From positions 380,569-444,568 of the forward strand of contig NMRA01000209.1 in NCBI GenBank assembly GCA_002633005.1: 64,000 nt of DNA, in the 5' to 3' direction. The translations under genes were made by a program, and so were the position numbers. The notes beneath the pieces were generated by a model, which was given only the letters and a program-made list of their open reading frames with translations, was not told the origin of the DNA and ran no database searches. Below, piece after piece: positions 54,064-64,000 of the stretch; position 1 is the first letter of the stretch, and the number at the start of each line of letters is the position of its first letter. The stretch comes from Phoronis australis. Its lineage: Eukaryota > Animalia > Phoronida.

Positions 54064-55929
54064 AATTGACCTATCGCAAACTTCGCCCCCTTGCGAAAAG
54101 TTACGTGACACCCGAATCGATGAGTGTTTTTTGTACTAACCGAAACGCTTTGACAAAGGCAACAGTCGATGCTTTTAAGCAGAGAATCGCACGTCCACAA
54201 TGAGGGACTTTGTAAAGGCGGCGATGAAAATATAAATGTTCAAGGAAAAGGATTTCGGAGCCAGCGAAATCCCGAAGAACCCCACGGGGTTCGCCTTCAT
54301 CTGACAAAAGACAAAGCCAAGGATGCGATATGTTTATGTAAAGCTGGATAAAAAAACCTAAAGTGGAATTATCTGTACGACGCCATAGATTTCGAGATTT
54401 TTCGAACAAAGTCAGTGAAGATTCATCGATATTTTTATTCTGTCGTCTGCTAAATTCCGCCAAACGAAAAGTAGGTCACAACTGGTGGAACTCCTCCAAG
54501 TTGGTAAAGTCGATGGCAATGTTAACGCTTTTCTAATCTTTGAACAAAATATTTTAGTTGATAAATCTCAGGATCATAGCTCAAATACACACTCATCTTG
54601 TGCTAGGCAAGCAGTTAGCTCCGGTAGGTCTAGGACTGTGTCCAATTGCAAGTAAAATTGATACATGAAATTGGCCGTAATTGCACCAATAAGACCTACC
54701 TGCTGGTGAACTTTGCATTTTTGTAATTTCATTGCATAAAGGTAGCTAGATAGATTTCAGTTTATTTTACACGTATTATGATCAATAAGCGGTGGAATGG
54801 TTGCAAAGATGACAAGTGTAGTGGCAAAAATGGCTATTTACAAAAATAACTCAAAATGTTTTTAAAGCTTTTATAAATCTAAATATCATGTTTGAACAAC
54901 ATCAGGATGAGCACTCACTAGTTCTACACTTAAATTGTATACCAGAGGTTCTCATCAAAAAGTTATTCAACTGTTTATTTTTTGTGGCAATAGCTCTAAC
55001 GATGCTTTGAGTTCAGTAATCAGTACCACTCCCTGTGCCGATCGAATCGCTTATTTTGGAGAGAAGTTCAGTTGAACGCCAGCTTTAAGTTATATGAATA
55101 ACAAAAAATGTACCACTGCTACGAAACAAAACGATGTCCATTAGGTGGAAATAAATGAAAAATAATAAAAATTCCTTAAAAGAAACAGTTAGACTAGTGC
55201 CGAGATCCAGCATTTGCCGAGACAAAGGCGACCAGACTAGTGAAACTCTGAAGTCAAAATCAGATAGTCTTGCACTATAGCCACCAAACTGAAAAGAGCG
55301 CATCTTTGAACAAATATATTTGTGTTTGATCTTCGGGTAATTAAACAACATTGTCAAGTTCAGTTACTCGTCACGTGGCCGTTCACGCCTAGTTTACACA
55401 GTTGACAACACGATGTGGCTTAGGAGACGCCCAATAATGGCGGGATGTTCTTCTCGACCTGCATAAGGACTGCCAAGATTACATGTATACACACCTTATC
55501 AACACCGTTTCACAGTTCTTTTCGCACAATTTTGTGAGCTATAGACACGACATGCGCGTTCCAAGCCTTCAGTTTTGGGGGGTCGAATTCAAGGCCATGT
55601 GGACCTTTCACTAACAAAACAGTTGATGGACCCATAGAAAAAAGTACCGCGACCGAGCTGTACGTGCTGTGAATTGTGCGTTTGTATCTTTTCAATGGAC
55701 TTTTATCTTGTTTTCTAAGACTTTTTGTTTCTCTGGGGCGATCTTTTTGCCCACTTCGCCAAATACGGGTCTCGTTCCAGCCCCCCGAGCCCCCACCCCG
55801 CGCATGCACCAAAACGTGTTTTGGTCGGGTAAAAGAGCAGCTAAGAAACGCCAACGAAGGTGTGTCAAGAATGTTGCGTTCTGATTGGCCAGTTAAGTCG
55901 TCAGTCATAATCCAAGCGATAGGTCAATT
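54064..55929. mobile_element. 1.87-kb TIR element, (AAT)TGACCTATCGC family
   Basis: AATTGACCTATCGC ... GCGATAGGTCAATT, a perfect 14-bp inverted match. Confidence 0.7.
55551..55806. mobile_element. MITE with 5-bp TSD nested in the preceding element
   Basis: CATGCGCG ... CGCGCATG; flanks CACGA and CACCA. Confidence 0.6.
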
Positions 55930-56713
55930 AGTAAACGAGCTCAAGTTGCTTGCCAGTAGGATATCTTATCGCTTGAATGTGAGTCTTCAGCATGGTACGC
56001 AAGTTATTGATTTTAGTTTTCGAGGTCCTAGTCCTTCGGAGGCGTTCCCACAACGGTAAAGCCGAGCCTGTCATCGTCGCCTGTTACCGTCTGGCCAATG
56101 AGAAGTTCCAAGTAATAGGAGAGAAACACAACAGCTACTCCAGAAATAGGACTAGCATTCGTGTTCACTTTCAAAGCCAAGTATTAAGGTGCATTTATCC
56201 TCCTTTCATAATTACCTACATGTATAATTAACGGTTCACGCTGAAATCTGTTGATGGTTTCGAGTACTTTGAGTAACCCCGTTCGAGATGTACAAGGACA
56301 TCACAAATCGTTGCCCTGGCAGTCTTTTTGAATTCCTTACAAACAATTTCTAGTAACGATCTTGAAAAGAAATACTTTTTTGATACTATGGCAAAAAGTA
56401 ACACTATTTTATAGTTCACCGTCTGAAATATGTTTGTGTGATTCGCAGACAGTGGTCTTCATGTTCTTCAAACTTCCACCTTTTCAATTTCGGTTAATGC
56501 TATTGTGTTTTTCACATTTTTGGTTGTTTGGGTCAAATGTCTTGACACCGATGTACTGTGCACAAATGTTTTGTATTTGTGAAGGTTTTGGTATCTCAAC
56601 TTCCCCTCGTGAATACTTGGCAGTGTCGGATTTACATGTATAGAAGACCAAATGGACAATTCCCTGGAACCAGCCAAATGATAGAGGGTCCCGTCTGAAA
56701 TAGGAGACCTTGA

Positions 56714-58659
56714 AAAAGAATGCCACCCGATTTAATTAGTCTGTTTTACCGTCTTAATCGGTCTATATCCACATAGCCTCTTATACGGTCGACCTCTCCT
56801 TGCCGAGAAGTTTCGCGCTAACCTGTGAGAAAGTTGGGAAACGTCGCAGCGACGCCAGTGGTTCTCCTGCAGAGTCAATGCCGCTATATTGCGGTGCATC
56901 GTTCCCGCTTGTACGAACTATGAAGCTGCGAAGAAAGCAGGTATATCGTTTTTTCGACTTCCTCGAGAGCCCGAAATGCTTAAGAAGTGGCTCAGGGTAG
57001 CGAAGAATGAAAGCTATGCTGTAAATAGCAGGTATGAGTCCGTGAAACATCTCCGTGTCTGTGGCCGGCATTTCGTTGACAGTGAGTTCTCTGACGAATT
57101 CCGGATTACCAAAGAACTATCCATACGATCCGTTGCCTATGCATGTTCACGGCGCCTCTCTAGTACTTCTTGATCAGTGTATTACGGTTCGAACGCATAG
57201 CCTGTGAAACCTGACCATCCGACCCGTGAAGTCTTCGTCGGATAAGCTTTCGACTAAGTCGGGATTGGCGGCGGGCTAGTTACCTTGTAGACGTTTATTA
57301 TCCTGCGTTCTGTTTCAAAATGAATTATTTCAATCCTATTATGATCCTAGCCACTGCTTATGTGAAACTGAAACACAGTCTGTCTCAGTAGATGCAATTT
57401 CATTGTAATGGCTTGGATTGCTCTTGAGTGCAAATGTTTTGAGAAGCCATCAATGAATAAATCACTGCGTTACCGGCTTTTGATGCCGGCAATAAAGGTA
57501 ATTGACCGGGCATCGAGGCCGTATGAGCGCATGCTAATTGAGTGTTTGCTGACAGAAGGCTGTTGTGAAACAATTACTCGATTTTATATTGTTGTGAATT
57601 GATACACAGGTTCTCGTGCAGCTTACCTTTACTCATATGAAAGCGTGAATACACGCTTGAGTTGAAGACCGACAAAAGCAGACGTCCTGCGTGCAGCAGT
57701 GCCAAACGAACAGAGAGCTCTTTTGATTCCCCAGTCACGTGACAAAACTAGAACTTACAACATCCGGCCACTTACGGAAACCCACGGACGAACACGAACA
57801 CACAAGACAACACGAAAGACGAGACCACACAAACCAACATTCACAACAATATGCTATGGTCACTTGTTAGAAACACAAATACACTTAATGTATTTGTGTT
57901 TCTAAATAAAGATTTCCCTAACATGATCATTCAAATCAATGTTACTGTACAGCCTTTGCCCTGACTGTCTGTGGAAGGGGAACCCTACTTCGCTGCCCCC
58001 GACAAGTAAGTTAAGTTTCAGTTTCGTAGCTAATTCACATAAATAATTACATGCACATTATTTCTTTGGCCCACTAGTATAGTCTTTTCGTGACTGGAGG
58101 TTTAGTTTCTAACTCAAGCTGATTTATGTTCGTGCCAGTCCCGTCGGCCACAACGGGCCTGATCGGGTTTCGAGCCACGGGCCTGGATAACAAGCGTTTT
58201 GTGTGTTTAGAACTCAAAAAATCACAAGTATAAACAACACAAATATAGGTTCTCCTGTCTGTAATTCATAGAAGACTACTTCGAATTTATATCCGGACAG
58301 ACCCCAAACTCCTGCTACGACCGTGGTAAATTGGCCTGCCGAACTTTGTAGGCTACGGTGTGTCCAAATACCAGTAGGCCTATATCCGTAACACCGAACT
58401 AAAACAACATGTTTTTATAAGAAGTCGGTGTAATTTAAGGGTTTTACATCGAAGTTTGATGAAGCATTAAGCTGACACCACTTACCCGTGTTGTGAACTG
58501 CTGAACAGACTGCGTGTGAAACCAATTACGTCATTGGAGAATTTCAACACCTCCGTGTGCCGTCAGGTGTCAGGTAACGCAACCGAACATGCCGTTATCG
58601 AGTAGAACTACTCGATCTAAATTGATTAAAAATGCGTTGTTTTTGGGTGGCATGCTCCA
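56714..58659 (+). mobile_element. Kolobok-like non-autonomous element, copy 1
   Basis: Ends (TTGA)AAAAGAATGCCACCC and GGGTGGCATGCTCCA(TTAA); THAP remnant; homologous in reverse orientation to 60905-62572. Confidence 0.8.
56886..57173 (+). pseudogene. THAP domain ORF whose start codon is mutated to ATA
   Basis: RCIVPACTN...ISFFRLP..PEMLKKWL...LRVCGRHF (C2CH THAP); the paralogous copy has ATG at this position. Confidence 0.85.
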
Positions 58660-59544
58660 TTAAGATTAAAGGCTAGACATCATTTGGAAAAGACTAACAG
58701 TTCATTTGATCGTCGTGTGATCCTGCAAGAAGAGAGCTTGCTCAACATCAAAACCGATTGTACGATTTCATGATAAACAGGATAATAGAGGTAATGGATT
58801 CCAACACTGGGCCCTCTCTCGGTGTGCGAGCCCTTGAGAATTTGTCGATAAAACACGAACAGGGTGGTCATTTGAATTGCATCAAAGGCCCCGTTCAAGG
58901 GCTGGGCTTTTATCTATGAAAAGATCTTTATTTTCAAAGATCAGGAAATGTGCAGGAACTGATGTTATCTATCAGGTTATCGGGTCATCAATTTGCTTAA
59001 GTAACAAACAATTTCGAGCAAAAACAACGAAAAAATACGGCAATAGTTGTCTCCATTATCCTTTGCCATAGAGATGTCTCTGGCAAAATATACTTTTGTA
59101 TTTGCAGATTTGTAATATTGAATTAAAAGTTTTCTCGATTTTTCAAAATACATGTATGAATGATTAAGGATACGTTTTGCCCTCTTTTCACGAAATCTTA
59201 GATTCAATTGGCACGCCTACAAGCCATTTCACCATGTATTTAAAGGGCTCGCGAAATCGAGGCTGTTAATCTATCACTACTAGTACACGCGCGCCCTCTA
59301 GTTAATGTAAATTTTCCGAATACCCCCATTGGCCGGGTTTCCCCTTCAGTTTCACTTTGATGGGATTGCTTTGGGTATAACATATACGGCACTAATCCAT
59401 CCAAACCTTGTTTATAAATTTCCTTAATCTTCCATTTCGAGAAATGTGTCGTAGTATTTTAACTTTGTTGTTTCTAACAAATGTAATTTTGAAATCGTGT
59501 GATTTGAAATATGTACCCCCACCGTAAGGTGCACTGTAAGTTTC

Positions 59545-60035
59545 TTTAGTTTATTTGTATTTGTATTGAAGGTCTCTGGCCCAAATTACAATAAACAAAA
59601 CAATTAATCAGGCACATTTGCACAAGCAGTCAACCCATTTAAGAGTTGTTCTCGTCTTTTAAGGGCAAAATACACATATTTAACATCAGATATATCTGGA
59701 TTAGCGAGCAGGCGTATACAGGATTCTTGAGTTGGATGCCTCCATAGAACCGTGACTTCCTTCATAAAACGTGACCTAAGTTCATAATATCCCTTGCAAA
59801 CCAACAGGAAATGGTATTCATCCTATACAAGACCATCATTGCAAGCCATACATAATCTATTGTAATATTCCACTTTCTCGTGTCTATCCACTTCCACTTG
59901 TACGTAGTCTGTGGTTGGAGCAACGTAAACGAGTAAACACTTGAATAAGACTATTGTGTAGCGGTAACTTAAGATATGGTTCAAAACAGTACAGAGTCTT
60001 AGAGTTAGAGTAGAATTTAAGTTTTGCATTATGAG
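59545..60035 (-). mobile_element. 5'-truncated L2/CR1-group (Crack/Daphne-like) LINE with 14-bp TSD
   Basis: KLKFY..K..Y.FEPYL...RLRCSNHRL / VEVDRH...RLCMACN...*DEYHFLLVC..Y.ELR; TSD GCACTGTAAGTTTC at 59531-59544 and 60036-60049. Confidence 0.85.
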
Positions 60036-60904
60036 GCACTGTAAGTTTCCTGTGGCAACGGACTGTACGACTTGGTCACAACGATGATGTCATGTGCGTT
60101 GATTAGTACGAGCCTCACCGTAAGACATTTTTGGCGGTAAATGGAAATTCTGATGGGGTCGTACGATAGTAATTAGTTAATGTGAGGAGCGAAAGAAGGG
60201 ATGATATTTTTTTAAATAATTTATTATCATTTATAAAACAGTACAAAAACAAACAAACAAATAGGTACATCCATTCATTCATGCATGCACACCTCAGGAA
60301 AGATCGTTCTCGTATCTCGTTTAAAGTAAATAAATTCTACATGTATTTAACGTGAACAACGATATTTTCCCATTTCGCAGAGAAGCTGTTATATACAAAA
60401 TTTTTCAATGCAATTAATTTTTCAGCATTGTAGTACTCATAAGTATTTGTAATAAACCAGTGAAAATTAGGTATAGTTTTGTAACATCCCTCCTTGTAAA
60501 TGTACTGTTTGGCTACTGGAAGCAAAATGTTAAAAAGAGAATCATGCGTCTTGTAAAATCCAAGAATAACTCGATCGTTAGAGGGATTGTTGGGAAGCTG
60601 AATGCCACACTTTTGCATTAGGTGTCGGAAATCCTTCCAGAAATCTTGTACCTTGCGACATTCCCATAAAGGTGTGACAGCGTCTCTGGAGCTTCATTAC
60701 AAAAGGAGCATAAATTAGAATCCCAAACACGGATTTTGACTAAAAAGGTTTTGTTTCAATAATTCTTTGTACCATTCTAAATTGGAACCATCAAATGTTT
60801 GGATCCCTTATAATTTCATAAGGCAATGCGTATATTTTTTTTCCAATCTAAGCTATTCCCTAACTATATTTCTCATTTATACACTGACTTAGAAGGTTTC
60901 TTAA

Positions 60905-62572
60905 AGGAGCATGCCACCCAAAAAACAACGTAATTTGTATCAACTTAGATCGAGTTGTTCTACTCCATGACGGCACGTGCGGTTGCGTTACCTGACACCT
61001 GACGGCAGAAGGAGGTGTTGAAATTATACAATGACGTCATCGATTTCACACGCAGTCTGTTCAGCAGTTCTCAGCACGGGTTACTGGTGTCGGCTTATCC
61101 CTTGAAGTCATCGTTTAACACCACTAAATCATCACAATTCGATGTAAAAGCCTCAAAAATACACTGAGTTCTTATAAAAACGCGTTGTTTTATTTCGCTC
61201 TTACGGATTTATTGGTATTTGGACACAACGTAGCCAACAAAGTTCAGCAGGCCAATAGGATCCGTAGCAGGAGTTTGGGGTCTGTTCGGAGATAATTTCG
61301 AAGTATTTTCCGTGATATACAGACAAGAGAACCTAGATCTGTGTCGTTTAGACTTGTGTTTTTTTTAGTTCTAAACACAAAACGCATATTATCATGGCCA
61401 GTGGCTCGGAACCCGATCAGGCCCGTCGCCGCGGCCACCCGGATTGACTCGTCATCCCGGTCAGTGGCTCGGAAACTAATCACACATCAAAAACATCAAT
61501 CAGCCAAAGTTCAGTGGAAACTAAGCTTCCAGTCAAGAAAATACTATACTAGTAAGCCAAAGTAATGTGCAAGTGATTACATGTATGTTGTTGAATTAGC
61601 CACGAAACTGCAAATCTACTTACTCCTCGTAGCCGGGAATTCAAGTTTCGCTTTGGACACAGCACCGTCAGCGCAGAAGTTGTACATTGACAATCATTAT
61701 TTGTGTAATGTAAATGTAAATAAAGATTCCCCTAACACCTGGCTATGGGATGGAAATAGTGTTGTTTCACAACAGTTTCTGCCAGCAAACACTAAATTAG
61801 CATGAGCTCACACGGCCTCGGTGTCCCGTCAATAAGGTTTATTGCATCTAAGGCCGGCAACGCAGTGATTTATTCATCATTGCTGGCTTTTCAAATCATT
61901 TGCACTCACGAACACTCCAAAAGCATTACAAATTGCATCTAATGAGGCAGACTTTGTTTCAGTTTTATATAAGTATTGGTTAAGGTGAGAATAATTGATT
62001 TTGAAACAGATTGCTCAGTAAAAGACGCCAACATGGCAACCGTCGCAAACCCGACTGATGACGAGCTAGAGCTCATCAGTTCCGACTTACAGGCTATCAA
62101 TTTGAACAGGAATACAGTGATGAAGAAATACTTGAGAAGCGCCGTGAACAAGCTCAGACAACGGAACGTATGGAGTTATTTGGTAAGCCGGCATTCGTCA
62201 GGCACTGGCGACGTCTGCAGGCCACAGACCTGGAGATGTTTCACGGCCTCATACTTGCAATTTACGAAGTACATTTGAATTTTCATTCTTCACTACCAAG
62301 AGCCACATCCTAAGCATTTTGGACTCTCGAGGAAGTAAAAAAAACGATATACCCGATTTCTGCACAGCTCCTTAGTTCGGACAAGCGGGAACGATGCACA
62401 GCAACATAGCGGCATTCACTCTGCATATGAACCACTGACGTCGCTAGAGTCACCTTCCTCACTGGTTAACGAGACACCTCTTGGCAAGGTAAGGTCTACG
62501 GTATGCGAGGCAATGTGGATATAGACCAATTAAAACGTCAAAAAGACTAATTAAATCGGGTGGCACTCTCCT
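60905..62572 (-). mobile_element. Kolobok-like non-autonomous element, copy 2 (inverted)
   Basis: TTAA|AGGAGCATGCCACCC ... GGGTGGCACTCTCCT|TTAA; perfect TTAA TSD inside a LINE. Confidence 0.88.
62215..62407 (-). pseudogene. THAP remnant of Kolobok copy 2
   Basis: ATG TTG CTG TGC ATC GTT CCC GCT TGT CCG AAC TAA...; premature stop at 62372-62374; truncated after the LQVCG motif. Confidence 0.8.
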
Positions 62573-64000
62573 TTAACGTCATTAAAAACTGAACAAATAT
62601 GTTACTCTACAACTTTTCAAATCTTTCCGTGAGTGATTGCTAAAGGCATGTAAGTAGAGTAGACATTAAGAGTGACTCCATATAAAAACCAACAGGTAGA
62701 GTCTATATCCAAAATCACCGATTTTTTTTAAACTTAGCACATGAGTTTGGTTTGTTGAGATGTAGAAAAACCCCACTTTTTAAGATTTTTCATTCATTAT
62801 TTTTCTTTTTATGACCTGTACCTCCATTTTGCAACAAAATTGGGCGTCGAAGAAGGCATGTTTGAATGCATTTTACTAGCATGTGTGGTAAGATCAAAAC
62901 GAATGAATAATAAGAATGGAAAGGCCAATGGCTGAATAATTTAATGACATAACTTTCAAAATCCATTTTTAAATTTGTACGTTTTGAATTTGTGAGGCAA
63001 AAACGGCAATTTTCAGGTTTTCACTGAAGACATTTTCGGCCAAATTTGTCACTCTGTAGCAGCCATAACGCACCTTTCCTGAAATTGACTTTATATAATA
63101 ATTTGTTCAGTCATTCCTAACCTGTTCATAATCTAAAATAAAAAAATTATCCTCTAATGTAGTTTTTGCGTACGAAGCATTACACGAACTGCACTGCGTC
63201 CTTTTGCATGTTCTCAGTTGCCTCTGCTGCCAATAGGGGGCTCTTGGAACATATAATAAGCTTGCGAAACACGACATAAAAACCTAAGTATTTTGCAGAA
63301 AAGGCAGACAGCATTATTAATTACCATTCTCTGAAAACGGCATTGATGATTATTGCTTATTACAAGAAATATGTACGCAAATCAACTGGCAAGCGTGCTT
63401 ATAAATGATAGATGGCGCTGCTTTTGTTTACGTGGAGACTGAAGAGCATCTAGAATAAGAGCAGTAACACGAGGACCTTGCTATAATTCATGACTTCGCG
63501 AGATATTTCCCTGCATTTTAAATGAGAATACGTGGTTTTGGATAGATTTTAGAGAGGTTCATGTGTTACTGAACTCACCCCTGCCTTATTTTCTATCTGC
63601 CTTGTTCGTGCCACAGGCAAAGGAAGGCACCCAAAGTGGATATGGCCCCCTAGTGTTCAATGCAAAAAAATCCTTCAACTTGTCAATGGTCATTGTAACT
63701 TTGGGTTCATATTGCAATGTCCCTGCTGATTGCTTCAAATTTTAGTCTCCAAAATCTGGTGTTCCCCCACACATCGGGCACCTTAACGCTGAATATTTCT
63801 GCCAGGGTGATCATCAGTGGTATAAAAAGGTACACATTCACAGTCAATAGAAAATAATTCACGAGATACAATTTTATTAATGACTCACTAATGGCAGACA
63901 TGAAGTAAACAGAAGTAACGGTCTCGACTTCATATATCACACATCGTGGTATGCTACAAACTTAGGCTAAACGTTGAGCTCATTTACCACTTCATTCAAT

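Larger units (their letters stand above)
60205..62669 (-). mobile_element. Tx1/L1-like LINE 3' fragment interrupted by Kolobok copy 2
   Basis: zf-RVT-like DWKKIY.LP...WFQFR...LCSFCNEAPETLSH.WECRKVQDFW and NILL..AKQYIYK; AATAAA plus A-tail near 60207-60226. Reading continues across the TTAA at 60901/62573. Homologous to 5248-5440. Confidence 0.85.

Noticed and set aside
62670-63581. Possible TTAA-inserting element truncating the LINE at 62669
   Set aside because: No convincing second TIR or TSD, and the LINE does not visibly resume.
1-64000. Remaining 60-160 aa ORFs in the track; tRNA or rRNA genes
   Set aside because: The ORFs have random-like composition with no motifs or splice support, and no tRNA- or rRNA-like sequence was recognised.

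Overview
This is eukaryotic, AT-rich genomic DNA that looks like a marine invertebrate (inferred from its repeat families). It has GT-AG introns and one 478-N assembly gap (36875-37352). Two host genes are supported. One is the first coding exon of a minus-strand Sulfotransfer_5-like gene (596-712), which runs off the left edge. The other is a complete 7-exon plus-strand SLC16/MCT-like MFS transporter (11631-52114, 451 aa, all splice phases compatible). Most of the other recognisable sequence is layered transposon debris: a Penelope element split by nested insertions; Tx1/L1-like, LOA/I-like and L2/CR1-like LINE 3' fragments, three of them with TSDs; Tc1-, Harbinger-, ISL2EU-like and 5-bp-TSD MITEs; a 760-bp foldback; a 6.3-kb element with AACTTAAGTT subterminal arrays; and two inverted Kolobok-like copies with THAP remnants. 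The most notable signals are (i) an abundant TACATGTA octamer that appears as TA>TACATGTA insertions relative to paralogous copies, i.e. probable Tc1/mariner excision footprints; (ii) a phase-consistent 5-exon antisense ORF inside the 6.3-kb element in intron 2; and (iii) an SLC16-like protein lacking the canonical MCT charged residues. There is no prokaryotic system, CRISPR array, rRNA or tRNA. All alignments and counts were done by eye, and family assignments come from motif recall rather than database searches.
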